DNA from: Cyanobacteria bacterium REEB459
Lineage (GTDB): Bacteria > Cyanobacteriota > Cyanobacteriia > Phormidesmidales > Phormidesmidaceae
Direction of reading: 5' to 3'
Length of the DNA stretch: 24,000 nucleotides
Assembly: GCA_018970085.1 (NCBI GenBank)
Contig: JAGWXD010000043.1
Coordinates: 401 to 24,400, forward strand
The first letter of the stretch is position 1, and each line of letters starts with the position of its first letter. Under the pieces are notes generated by a model. That model saw nothing but the letters and a program-made list of their open reading frames with translations. It did not search any database and was not told the DNA's origin. The position numbers and the translations under genes are program-made. Positions 1 to 8,841 of this stretch are shown one piece after another.

Positions 1-639
1 TAGTTCTAACAACCCCTTGAGGCCCGTGGTAAAGGTGCCAGCCAGCACCAGTGGCAGCACGTAACCAACCGCATAGGCGAGTAATAGGCTACCTCCCAGG
101 AGGGGTTTTTGGCTAGCAGAAACCCAGGCCAGTAGGGTGGCCAAGACGGGGGTGCTACAGGGAGAGGCAACAATACCGAAGCTCAATCCCAGGCCATAGG
201 CCTTTAGCCAGGGGGGGAGGGCCCAACTGTTTAGATCCAGCCCAGCCACCGCCGGAAACCTCAGGGGTAAAAGCCCCAACAGATTCAGCCCCATCAGCAT
301 GGCAAGCAGACTGACAGCAATCGGTAAGCCGATCGCTACTTGACCATAAACATAGCCAAACAAACCCGCCACCAGGCCCAAAAGGGCCAGGGTGGTGGCT
401 AACCCCAGACCAAAACCTATAGACCGTAGGGTAGCCTCCCGGCGATTGACCGGCTCGTAGCCCCCCATATACCCCACCATAATGGGCAACATCGATAGTA
501 GGCAAGGAGAAAGGCTGGTTAACAGGCCCGCTAAACCCACCACCACCAGGGTAAGGGGAGAAAGGTGGGTGAGTTGGTGATCAACCAGATGGGTCGCCCA
601 CTGACCGATCTGGTACAGCAACAACTGTAAATTGTCCAA
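1..639 (-). CDS. ccdA: Cytochrome c biogenesis / thiol-disulfide transfer membrane protein CcdA (DsbD family); C-terminus cut by window edge
   Basis: Absent from the supplied ORF track because it runs off the edge. My minus-strand translation from TTG 639-637 reads LDNLQLLLYQIGQWATHLVDHQL..LTSLSPCLLSMLPIMVGY..FGIVASPCSTPVLATLLAW. The two SPC motifs in hydrophobic helices are typical of CcdA. An in-frame stop at 664-666 bounds the N-terminus. The start codon is uncertain. The track ORF 155..505 is a wrong frame of this gene. Confidence 0.75.
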   Translation of the reverse strand, partial: MDNLQLLLYQIGQWATHLVDHQLTHLSPLTLVVVGLAGLLTSLSPCLLSMLPIMVGYMGGYEPVNRREATLRSIGFGLGLATTLALLGLVAGLFGYVYGQVAIGLPIAVSLLAMLMGLNLLGLLPLRFPAVAGLDLNSWALPPWLKAYGLGLSFGIVASPCSTPVLATLLAWVSASQKPLLGGSLLLAYAVGYVLPLVLAGTFTTGLKGLLEL

Positions 640-790
640 AATCGTCCGCCCCCAGTTAATACCCTACTATTCTAGGACCTTCCTGAAGCTCCCAGGGAAG
701 GGGAGGATTTGATTATCCCAGCCTTCTGATTAGACCTGGGTATCGGGGATAGTTAATATAGGAAAACCCAGGACCTTTTTCTCCATAGCT

Positions 791-1657
791 ATGGTTCTAA
801 CCCACTCTCCCTCCTCCTCCAGCTTTAAAAAGCTCCAGTCATTCCTGCGGGGACGGGTAGGACAGGCCGTCCATGACTACGCCATGATCGAGGCGGGCGA
901 TCGCATCATGGTTTGCCTGTCTGGCGGCAAGGACTCCTACACCCTGCTGGATCTGCTCCTGCATCTGCAGCGCCATGCCCCCATCCAGTTTGAGTTGCTG
1001 GCGGTCAATCTAGATCAAAAGCAGCCAGGATTTCCCGCCGATGTGCTGCCCACCTACCTGGAGTCGGTGGGGGTACCCTACCGTATTGTGGAGCAAGACA
1101 CCTACAGTACCGTTAAGCGCATCATTCCAGAGGGTAAAACCCTCTGCGGCCTCTGTTCCCGCCTGCGCCGGGGAATTCTCTACCGGGTGGCGGCGGCAGA
1201 GGGGGCTACGAAAATTGCCCTGGGTCACCACCGTGACGATATCGTAGAAACCTTATTTTTAAATCTTTTCCATGGGGGCCGGTTAAAGGCCATGCCCCCC
1301 AAACTCCTGACTAACGATCGTCGCCACATCGTCATTCGGCCCCTGGCCTACTGTTCAGAAAAAGATATTGCTCGCTACGCTCGCCACCGCCAATTTCCCC
1401 TGATTCCCTGTAGTCTCTGTGGTTCCCAACCCAATCTGCAGCGGGCCCAAATCAAACAAATGCTCCAGGATTGGGAAAGGCAGTGGCCAGGGCGGACCGA
1501 CAACCTATTCCGCAGTTTACAGAACATCGATCCCTCCCAACTGGCCGATCGCCAGTTATTTGACTTTCTGGCCCTGGACTCGGCTCGCCTGCCAGGCTCT
1601 GTAGATAGCAGCGGAGAAGCCTCCATAGCCGGGGATCTGGAGGCACCCCTGTGGTGA
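791..1657 (+). CDS. ttcA: tRNA 2-thiocytidine biosynthesis protein TtcA (PP-loop ATPase)
   Basis: Contains the PP-loop motif SGGKDS ([15 protein letters not shown]). Paired Cys motifs [10 protein letters not shown] and CSLCGS are characteristic of the TtcA family. Size is 288 aa. Confidence 0.85.
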   Translation: MVLTHSPSSSSFKKLQSFLRGRVGQAVHDYAMIEAGDRIMVCLSGGKDSYTLLDLLLHLQRHAPIQFELLAVNLDQKQPGFPADVLPTYLESVGVPYRIVEQDTYSTVKRIIPEGKTLCGLCSRLRRGILYRVAAAEGATKIALGHHRDDIVETLFLNLFHGGRLKAMPPKLLTNDRRHIVIRPLAYCSEKDIARYARHRQFPLIPCSLCGSQPNLQRAQIKQMLQDWERQWPGRTDNLFRSLQNIDPSQLADRQLFDFLALDSARLPGSVDSSGEASIAGDLEAPLW

Positions 1658-2151
1658 AGCCTGATGGGGCAAAGACTAATGCAGCTAGGATTCTGGACCG
1701 CCTTAATCTGCCTTACCAGATCCTTACCTACCCGGTGGACCCCCAGGATTTAAGGGCTGAGGCCACCGCTACCAAACTGGGTTTGCCGCCCCAGCAGGTG
1801 TTCAAAACCCTGGTGCTGAGGGCTTCTAACCAGGCGGTCTGTCTGGCTGTGATTGGGGCCGACAGCCAGATTGACCTGAAGGCCCTGGCCCGGCTCAGGG
1901 GAGATCGCAGAATTGAGCCTGTGCCCCTCAACCAGGTGCAGACCCTAACTGGCTATATCAGAGGCGGGGTAACGGCCCTGGGCACCAGCAAACCCTATCC
2001 GGTCTACGCCGATCAAACTATCACCAGTTTTGACCACATTGCCGTATCAGCGGGAAAGCGAGGACTAATGCTGTGGTTATCGCCCCAGGCTTACCTGAGT
2101 GCCACAGCGGCCACCCTGGCGGCAATTAGCCAACCAGCTCAGGCATACTGA
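1651..2151 (+). CDS. ybaK: Cys-tRNA(Pro)/Cys-tRNA(Cys) deacylase, YbaK/EbsC family
   Basis: N-terminus [23 protein letters not shown] and the 166-aa size fit the YbaK trans-editing domain. GTG start overlaps the ttcA stop by 7 nt. The start could be the next GTG at 1654. Confidence 0.75.
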   Translation: MVKPDGAKTNAARILDRLNLPYQILTYPVDPQDLRAEATATKLGLPPQQVFKTLVLRASNQAVCLAVIGADSQIDLKALARLRGDRRIEPVPLNQVQTLTGYIRGGVTALGTSKPYPVYADQTITSFDHIAVSAGKRGLMLWLSPQAYLSATAATLAAISQPAQAY

Positions 2152-3341
2152 CCTAAGAGCTGCTTGAGCTTACCGGCTTCAACGGCCGCACTATGGTTTT
2201 GAACGACCCGTTGGGCTCCCGCCTGGCCCATCTGGGTGAGGGTCTCCAGAGGGGTGTGGATGACCCTAGCCATCGCGTCTGCTAATGGCTGCGCTGATCC
2301 GGCGGGCACCAGCCAGCCGCAGACCCCGGGCTCCACCAGTTCAGCCATACCGGCAATATAGGTGGCCAGAACCGGCCGCCCCAGGGCCAGGGCTTCCATC
2401 ACCACCACCGGTAGCCCCTCAGCAAAGCTGGGTACCACCATCACCTGGGCCTTGAGAATATGCTGCTGCACCTCGGCATTGGTGGCCCAACCGGTAATTT
2501 CGATATAGTCGTGCAGTTTTAGCTGGGCAATTAAGGCCTCAAGCTGCGATCGCAGGGGTCCGTCTCCCACCAACACCACCTTGAACCGCTGCTGCTGGTT
2601 GGCCAGCCAGCTAACCGCCTCAAGCAAAATTAAATGGCCCTTTTGCTCACTAATCCGCCCTACACAGACAAACACCGGAGTTGGGGGGAGAGGGGTGGGA
2701 GGTGGGGCCAAAAACAGTTGGTCTACCCCGCAGTGAACGATGTGAATTTTAGACCAGTGCTGATAAGAGCACCAGCGCAGCAGCTGACTCCTGGTAAAGG
2801 AAGAAATAGCGACTACAAACGCGGCTCGGGTGATTTTCTCCCCCAGGGAGATCGCCTCTGGCTGGTCAAACTCGTGGGGGCCATGGACGGTAAAACTGTA
2901 GCTGGGCCCTCCCAGGCTGTGGCAGAGCATCGCCACCGCCGTGGCATTGGTGGCAAAATGACAATGCACATGGGTAATACCAGCCGCCTGTAGCCAGTCC
3001 AACAGCACACAGGCCTCCGCCAGGTAGGCCAGGTTAACCCCCAGGCCTCGATCGGACCGGCGGGCCAGACTCAGGGTTAGTCCCAGGGTTTGTAGCCACC
3101 GCTGGGGTCGGGTGATCAGGGCTTTCAACAAGCCCAACCCCAGTCTGGCCATGCCCCCGGTCAGAATAAAGCGGGTTTTGGTTAGCTCTTGCTGGTCGCC
3201 TTGATCGGTAATGGTTAACTCAGGGTAGCGAATCGAGAAGCGACTGACCGCAACTCCCTGGGCCTCTAACTCCAAAATCTCTCGCCGAATAAAGGTACAA
3301 CTGGCGTAGGGATGCTGGTTCATTAAATAGGCAAGTTTCAT
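2139..3341 (-). CDS. Glycosyltransferase family 4 (GT-B fold, WcaL-like)
   Basis: 400 aa. C-terminal half has the GT4 signature FAEGLPVVVMEALALGRPVLAT (E-x7-E region). It converges on ybaK with a 13-nt overlap. Confidence 0.85.
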   Translation of the reverse strand: MKLAYLMNQHPYASCTFIRREILELEAQGVAVSRFSIRYPELTITDQGDQQELTKTRFILTGGMARLGLGLLKALITRPQRWLQTLGLTLSLARRSDRGLGVNLAYLAEACVLLDWLQAAGITHVHCHFATNATAVAMLCHSLGGPSYSFTVHGPHEFDQPEAISLGEKITRAAFVVAISSFTRSQLLRWCSYQHWSKIHIVHCGVDQLFLAPPPTPLPPTPVFVCVGRISEQKGHLILLEAVSWLANQQQRFKVVLVGDGPLRSQLEALIAQLKLHDYIEITGWATNAEVQQHILKAQVMVVPSFAEGLPVVVMEALALGRPVLATYIAGMAELVEPGVCGWLVPAGSAQPLADAMARVIHTPLETLTQMGQAGAQRVVQNHSAAVEAGKLKQLLGQYA

Positions 3342-3417
3342 AGAAAGTCTGTATTTATGTATAAAAAAATAAACTTAGTATCTAGGTTTAAGCATACCCT
3401 ACCCCCCTGTAAGTGAT

Positions 3418-4206
3418 TTAGAATTGGCGGCGGCGAATAATCAAAGCGGTAAGGCTAAGCACCAGGGCCGTATAGGCCAGGGCGTAAATGCCATGACTGA
3501 TCATCACTGTTTTCTGGGGTAATAGCTCCGGTCCATAAACGGCCAGGTTGCGTAAATTTAGTCGTTCCAAGTCGGGCAAAACCAGGTACAGCAGATGGCT
3601 GACTCGAGTTAAACCAGGGTCACGGTTTATCCGGGCCAGGTTGACCAGATTCTGACTCAGATGACCCATCAGGTAAACAGCCAGGCCTAGCAACAGAGCC
3701 AGCAGAGAACTGGTAAAGCTACCAAAAAATAGAGCGATCGCCGCTAACACCATGGCCTCCAAAGCGATAAACCCGATCGCCAGCAGCACACTACCGGCGG
3801 CAAAGGCTATGCCTTGCAGGCTCAACAGCAGCAGTAAGACCACCCCCAGGGCCGCCACCAGCAGCCCCAGTACCATCGTTAGTCCCAGGTGTTTGCCAAG
3901 GACAAATTCAGCCCGGCTCAGGGGCTTGGTTAGCACCACCAGAATAGTCCGCTTCTCCACTTCTCGATTGATTAGCCCTGACCCGACAAACAGGGCGACC
4001 ACCGCACTGAGCCAGTGGATCGCCGCCAACCCCAAATCCAGGAAAATTTTATCCTCCGTGCCAGCGGCAATGGCCGGCAACAGGGCCGCCACCGCCACCA
4101 TTAGCAGGGTAAACAAAGCCACCAGATAGAGCAGGCGATCGCGCAGGACCTCCAGATAAACATTGCCGGCAACCGCCGCAATTCGGGCTAGACCAGTGTT
4201 AACCAT
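3418..4206 (-). CDS. fraE: ABC-2 type permease-like membrane protein (FraE-like)
   Basis: I prefer ATG 4206 (MVNTGLARIAAVAGNVYLEVLRDRLLY), 4 nt after the upstream gene's stop, over the track start at 4305. The protein is polytopic with ABC-2 permease character. It is the third gene of a 192/328/262-aa membrane operon whose sizes and order match Anabaena fraC-fraD-fraE as I recall them. Confidence 0.55.
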   Translation of the reverse strand: MVNTGLARIAAVAGNVYLEVLRDRLLYLVALFTLLMVAVAALLPAIAAGTEDKIFLDLGLAAIHWLSAVVALFVGSGLINREVEKRTILVVLTKPLSRAEFVLGKHLGLTMVLGLLVAALGVVLLLLLSLQGIAFAAGSVLLAIGFIALEAMVLAAIALFFGSFTSSLLALLLGLAVYLMGHLSQNLVNLARINRDPGLTRVSHLLYLVLPDLERLNLRNLAVYGPELLPQKTVMISHGIYALAYTALVLSLTALIIRRRQF

Positions 4207-4210
4207 GACT

Positions 4211-5197
4211 CTAGGACAGGGGAGGAGGACCAGGGCGGGAGGGAATCTCTGGTTCACAGGTAAATTTAGCCCAGCGGGAGGGCGTTGGTAGGGCCGACTC
4301 AGCATCGCTGGCGGGTTTAAGAACAGGCATGAGCATACAGGTCTTCTCTAGATAGTAACTGCCTGGCTCAGCGGTGGGCCCGGTCCAGACGGCCAAAATC
4401 TTGAGCTCGTAGCCCTCTGCCTGGCTCTGGGGCTGGGGCAGTTGGATCTGCCAGAGTGAACTCTCAGGCGATGCCTGGGAATGGCTCTGGATCTGGGTTT
4501 GAATGGTTTGCTGATGGCCCTCACGGTTGAGCAGCCACCGTTCTACCGCCGACCAGGGCTGACCATCGGTTTGATCGGCAATAAAGCTTTCTGCCTCCGC
4601 CAAATGGGCCATCCCAGCCGATAGGGGCAGGGGTTGACCAGGCAGGCGATAGACAAAATTACTAGCACCGAAGCGATCGGCCCCCAGGCTGGGGTAGTCT
4701 TTCAACCAGCTTTGAATCCGAAAATGAAACTGTATCCAGCTACTGATTAAAAGACTAAAAAAAAATAGTAGCACTAAGCGTTGCCGCACTGGGGGCAGGG
4801 GGCGCTTGGGCTGGAGGTCCCAGGTCAGGACTTCGGGCACCGCCGCCACGCAAAACGAAATCAGGGGCCAACAAACCAGAGCCGTTGGTAACCATGGGCC
4901 TTGCCACGAACTAAATAGAAATAAACAGAGAACTCCCCCCGCCACCCAGGGCGCCAGCGTTAGGCCAAAGGGCTTGATCTGGCTATGCTCTACGGCCCAG
5001 CCCAGACCTATGGCCAGAAAGATCCAGCTACCACTGGCGAGCAATCCTACGGTAAAGCCACTAGCCCCCAGCAACCGTCCCAGCAGAGACATCAACCAGG
5101 AAAAAATGCTCAAATACAGAATCGTCTGCCAGGAAAAGTAGCGCTCTGGCAATACCAGGGATTTAAAGGCGGCGATGGTCTGGCCTAACCACTTCAT
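4211..5197 (-). CDS. fraD: Membrane protein with five N-terminal TM helices and a soluble C-terminal half (FraD-like septal protein)
   Basis: 328 aa with about 5 predicted hydrophobic helices in the first 160 aa and a Q/P-rich soluble tail. Its ATG overlaps the upstream stop (ATGA at 5194-5197). The assignment rests on operon architecture and is not verified by alignment. Confidence 0.5.
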   Translation of the reverse strand: MKWLGQTIAAFKSLVLPERYFSWQTILYLSIFSWLMSLLGRLLGASGFTVGLLASGSWIFLAIGLGWAVEHSQIKPFGLTLAPWVAGGVLCLFLFSSWQGPWLPTALVCWPLISFCVAAVPEVLTWDLQPKRPLPPVRQRLVLLFFFSLLISSWIQFHFRIQSWLKDYPSLGADRFGASNFVYRLPGQPLPLSAGMAHLAEAESFIADQTDGQPWSAVERWLLNREGHQQTIQTQIQSHSQASPESSLWQIQLPQPQSQAEGYELKILAVWTGPTAEPGSYYLEKTCMLMPVLKPASDAESALPTPSRWAKFTCEPEIPSRPGPPPLS

Positions 5198-5772
5198 GGG
5201 GCTACCTGGAGGACTAATCGAATCACTAATAAGAGCAGAATAGCGGTAAAACTAAGGGCGTTGGCGTGCAATACGGCCAGGGCATGGCTGGATTGCTCTG
5301 GCCCGGCGGGGGAGGGCTGGGGCTGAGACCGGGGGTAGAAACGGCGTTGGATTTTAGGCCGCGGTGCCACCACAGGCAAACTACCCAACAGGCGGGTGAG
5401 GGCATTTAACCCCTGTAGTTTCACCCAGTAGGTTAAAAAGAAAACCCCCATCGCCGTCACCACCACCATGACCGGCAAATTAGGGGATAACCCATTGACG
5501 TATAGGTGGTTAAACAAAACGTAGCTGATCACCTGTTGTTGCCACTCAGGAGGTAATACCGCCTCCAGGGCTAAAAAGGCCAGCCAGCCCAGGCTCGTGG
5601 CCAGCAGGTTAAGGCTAGCGGCATAGTGGACGCTGCTCTGGTAGCCCAAGCGTAGATGCTGCCGTAGCACCATGGCTTCCAGGGCAATCGCCACCATCAG
5701 CAGCATAGTTTGAAAAGCCATCGCTCGCAGTGGCATCAGGCCAAGGTCGGCCAGCAGGTCAGTGAAGGGCAT
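5194..5772 (-). CDS. fraC: Small polytopic membrane protein (FraC-like filament integrity protein)
   Basis: 192 aa. The N-terminal pattern LMPLRAMAFQTMLLMVAIALEAMVLRQHLRL..YAASLNLLATSLGWLAFLALEA resembles the FraC pattern I recall. It is the first gene of the three-gene operon. Confidence 0.5.
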   Translation of the reverse strand: MPFTDLLADLGLMPLRAMAFQTMLLMVAIALEAMVLRQHLRLGYQSSVHYAASLNLLATSLGWLAFLALEAVLPPEWQQQVISYVLFNHLYVNGLSPNLPVMVVVTAMGVFFLTYWVKLQGLNALTRLLGSLPVVAPRPKIQRRFYPRSQPQPSPAGPEQSSHALAVLHANALSFTAILLLLVIRLVLQVAP

Positions 5773-5977
5773 GGGCAGATCCCAAATAGTGGTTTAAGGA
5801 TAGCGCCAGGATAGAAATTAGACGCACTGAACCCCCGGCGTTCGCTAAAATATAGCCATAGCCCTGGGTTAGACAGTCTGCCATTGGGCTGCTTCACCGG
5901 GCCCAGAGCCCCTGCCCCGCCATTGGCCACCGCAATGGTCCCTTAACTACGGCATAAATTTTGCGTTTGGTTGACCT

Positions 5978-7108
5978 ATGGCTAGAACTGGCATTGGCAT
6001 TCGCACCGCTCAAGAAACCAATCAACGCCTGACCGGACAAATCCACGTCTATGACGGCGAGGGCAAGGGCAAGTCCCAGGTGGCCTTGGGGGTGGTTTTG
6101 CGCTCCATTGGGCTGGGTATTCAAAACTTCTTAGAGAGTCGAGTGTTACTATTGCGCTTCTTGAAGGGGCCTGGGCGCACCTATGACGAAGACGCCGCCA
6201 TCGAGGCTCTGCAACGGGGGTTTCCCCATCTGATTGATCAGGTTCGCACCGGCCGGGCTGAGTTTTTTGGAGTTGGCGACATTACCCGATTCGACAAACA
6301 AGAAGCTCAGCGGGGTTGGGATGTGGCTAAGGGGGCGATCGCCTCAGGGCTATACTCCGTTGTGGTCTTAGACGAAATCAACCCGGTACTCGATCTGGGG
6401 TTGCTACCCATCGATGAGGTGGTCAAAACCCTGGGCCAAAAACCTGCCCAACTGGAAATCATTGCCACTGGTCGGGGCGCCCCTCGCCCCCTGCTCGATA
6501 TTGCCGATCTGCACTCAGAGATGAAACCCCAGCCCCACCAGGGAGATCTGCCGGGTCTTGAGGGCATAGAAATCTACACCGGTGCCGGCAAGGGTAAATC
6601 CACCAGCGCCCTGGGTAAAGCCCTCCAGGCAATCGGTCGGGGCATTAGCCAGGACCTATCCCACCGGGTACTGATTATTCAGTGGCTGAAAGGAGGTAAG
6701 GGGTACACAGAAGACGCCGCGATCGCCGCCTTACGCAGAAGTTATCCCAACCTGGTAGACCACCAACGTTGCGGACGGGACGCCATTGTTTGGCGAGGTC
6801 AGCAACAATCCATCGACTACGTTGAAGCCGAGCGAGGCTGGGAAATTGCCCGTACAGCGATCGCCTCTGGACTCTATAAGACCATCATCCTAGACGAGTT
6901 AAATCCCACGGTTGACCTAGAGTTGCTGCCAGAGGAACCAATTGTCCAGGCTCTTTTGCGCAAACCCAGAGATACGGAGGTCATTATTACCGGTCGTTGC
7001 AAAGTTCCCCCGGCCTACTTTAAGCTAGCCAGCACCCACTCAGAAGTCTTTAACCATAAACACTATGCCGAAAAGGGCATTGATCTAAAACGGGGAGTGG
7101 ATTTTTAA
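5978..7108 (+). CDS. cobO: Tandem-duplicated cob(I)yrinic acid a,c-diamide adenosyltransferase (CobO/BtuR-like) protein
   Basis: There are two homologous halves. Half 1 has IHVYDGEGKGKSQVALG, VVLDEINPVLDLGLL and IIATGRGAPRPLLDIADLHSEM. Half 2 has IEIYTGAGKGKSTSALG, IILDELNPTVDLELL, VIITGRCKVPPAYFKLASTHSEVFNHKHY and KRGVDF. These are CobA/CobO P-loop and C-terminal motifs. Confidence 0.8.
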   Translation: MARTGIGIRTAQETNQRLTGQIHVYDGEGKGKSQVALGVVLRSIGLGIQNFLESRVLLLRFLKGPGRTYDEDAAIEALQRGFPHLIDQVRTGRAEFFGVGDITRFDKQEAQRGWDVAKGAIASGLYSVVVLDEINPVLDLGLLPIDEVVKTLGQKPAQLEIIATGRGAPRPLLDIADLHSEMKPQPHQGDLPGLEGIEIYTGAGKGKSTSALGKALQAIGRGISQDLSHRVLIIQWLKGGKGYTEDAAIAALRRSYPNLVDHQRCGRDAIVWRGQQQSIDYVEAERGWEIARTAIASGLYKTIILDELNPTVDLELLPEEPIVQALLRKPRDTEVIITGRCKVPPAYFKLASTHSEVFNHKHYAEKGIDLKRGVDF

Positions 7109-7111
7109 CCA

Positions 7112-7357
7112 GTGACGAAAATTGTTCTGATCACCCTGATTCGCGGCTACCGCCAGGTTATTTCTCCCCTGTTGCCGCCTACCTGTCGGTTTACGCCCAC
7201 CTGTTCCCAGTATGCCCTCACCGCCGTAGAGCAGTTTGGCCCGCTGCAGGGGAGCTGGCTGGCGGTGCAGCGCCTTAGCCGCTGCCATCCCTTTCACCCA
7301 GGGGGATACGATCCGGTTCCCGACCCCCATAGCCAGAGGCACCCCCCTCACCCCTGA
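7112..7357 (+). CDS. yidD: Membrane protein insertion efficiency factor YidD
   Basis: The sequence [54 protein letters not shown] is the canonical YidD signature. GTG start. Confidence 0.9.
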   Translation: MTKIVLITLIRGYRQVISPLLPPTCRFTPTCSQYALTAVEQFGPLQGSWLAVQRLSRCHPFHPGGYDPVPDPHSQRHPPHP

Positions 7358-7405
7358 CCTCAGCCTGGCATCAATTAAACCATGGCTTGATTAATTTTTT
7401 CGCAT

Positions 7406-7445
7406 GATTCCTGATTCCTGATTCCTGATTCCTGATTCCTGATTA
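7406..7445. repeat. Heptanucleotide tandem repeat (GATTCCT) x5 plus a partial sixth unit
   Basis: Direct reading gives gattcct at 7406, 7413, 7420, 7427 and 7434, then gatta. It lies in the yidD/araC-like intergenic region. Confidence 0.95.
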
Positions 7446-7585
7446 TACATATTTCGCAAGTAGCCTTCAAGTATCCTGAGAAGTGCTGAAAATTTTTTAT
7501 TTACAATGGTTTATAGACCTGGTAAGGTGCTGCCAGGGTGAAAATTCAAAAATTTAATTTAAGTCTCATTTTTTATTAGGTTCCT

Positions 7586-8479
7586 ATGGATGCCGCTAAT
7601 CCATTTCGGGTTAACCTCGAGGATGCCGCCAGTCTTACCCAGGTGTTTCCGGTAACGCCTACGGTGGTCCACTGGCCGGCCGATCAGGGCAAAGTGATTA
7701 TGCTTCATTACGATCAACTGGCCCCTGATTCCATAGCTGAATACCAGCCCTGTGGCCACAGCGTCTTAACTCTTTTCCACCTCGATGATTGCCCTGTGGC
7801 CGTGCCTGTGGTGCGCGCTGATCGATTGGCCGGTGAATGGTTTACCCACCGACTCCTGCACCCGGCGACAGCCCAGCTCTGCCCTGACGGGGTTGCCCAC
7901 GCAGCAGTCTGGTATCAGCCCCTGAAAGTCACTAGTTTTTGCTTTACCACCGCCTTTCTCAACCAGGTGGGCCAGTCTGCCTTCGATGGCCAGACTCCAG
8001 AGCTGATTCCTCGCAGTCAAATCTGCGATGATAGTCTTTACCATCTGGCGATGGTTATGAAGGGGGAGTTGGGGGCTCCTGTGGCTGAGCAAACAGGGCC
8101 ATTGTTCCAGGCAGAAATGATGTTTGCCATGGCCATTTATCTACTGAAGAACTATGGCGCCCGGCCTTGGCTAGGGGCTCCCGCCCAGGCCTTAGATAAT
8201 AGGGCTATGGCGTCTCTGGGGGAATATATCCACGCCAATCTGCATACAGAAATTTCTCTGGAACCCCTGGCCACCAGCTTGGGGCTGGGAGAATTGGCAC
8301 TGTGCCAGGGGTTTTTAACCCGCACCGGGCGAACTTTGCACCAATTTGTGCAGTGGCAGCGCCAGACTAAGGCCCTATGGCTATTGGCGGTTTCTTCCCT
8401 CTGTCGGGAGGAAATCGCCCAGCAGTGCGGCTACGACGATGTCTTAACCATGGCCCTAGCGCTGCGCCAGGGCCTCTAA
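7586..8479 (+). CDS. AraC-family transcriptional regulator
   Basis: The C-terminal ~100 aa has the two-HTH AraC layout (LGEYIHANLHTEISLEPLATSLGLGELALCQGFLTRTGRTLHQFVQWQRQTKALWLL...EIAQQCGYDD). The N-terminal sensor domain is unassigned. Confidence 0.65.
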   Translation: MDAANPFRVNLEDAASLTQVFPVTPTVVHWPADQGKVIMLHYDQLAPDSIAEYQPCGHSVLTLFHLDDCPVAVPVVRADRLAGEWFTHRLLHPATAQLCPDGVAHAAVWYQPLKVTSFCFTTAFLNQVGQSAFDGQTPELIPRSQICDDSLYHLAMVMKGELGAPVAEQTGPLFQAEMMFAMAIYLLKNYGARPWLGAPAQALDNRAMASLGEYIHANLHTEISLEPLATSLGLGELALCQGFLTRTGRTLHQFVQWQRQTKALWLLAVSSLCREEIAQQCGYDDVLTMALALRQGL

Positions 8480-8619
8480 CCTGGGTATTGCTCCCTGGTC
8501 GGGCGAGGGCCTGGGTTAAGACCCGGGGGGCTCCGAGGGGTAGCGGGGGTGACAACAGGCCGGGGGCTGAAGATGAACATGGCAGAGCTTGTGCTATCTT
8601 AAATAAGCAATGGCACTGT

Positions 8620-8697
<78 letters not shown>

Positions 8698-8702
8698 TAG
8701 GT

Positions 8703-8730
8703 TGAAACCTCCCAGTAATGGGGGGTTTCA
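8703..8730 (+). terminator. Stem-loop just 3' of tRNA-Pro (possible terminator and/or part of attL)
   Basis: tgaaacctccc / agtaat / ggggggtttca forms an 11-bp stem with one G-T wobble. The following T tract is weak (ctgtttc). Confidence 0.4.
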
Positions 8731-8841
8731 CTGTTTCAAGGGATAGGAGTTATGGCCCTATTGGGTATCTACCCTTGCCGATATTTAACGGAAGAATCAG
8801 GGTTTTGGCGATAGAATTGGTACGTATTTGGTACGCGAACC

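Noticed and set aside
155-505. 116-aa minus-strand track ORF
   Set aside because: It is an alternative frame inside ccdA. The frame ending at position 1 gives a coherent CcdA membrane protein with SPC motifs, whereas this one is G/P/W-rich low-complexity.
4207-4305. Longer N-terminus (track start 4305) for the ABC-2-like permease
   Set aside because: It would overlap the upstream gene by 95 nt and add a P/R-rich non-membrane leader. ATG 4206, directly after the upstream stop, gives a typical permease N-terminus.
7406-7445. Possible CRISPR array
   Set aside because: The units are 7 bp long and contiguous with no spacers, and no cas genes are present. This is a microsatellite.
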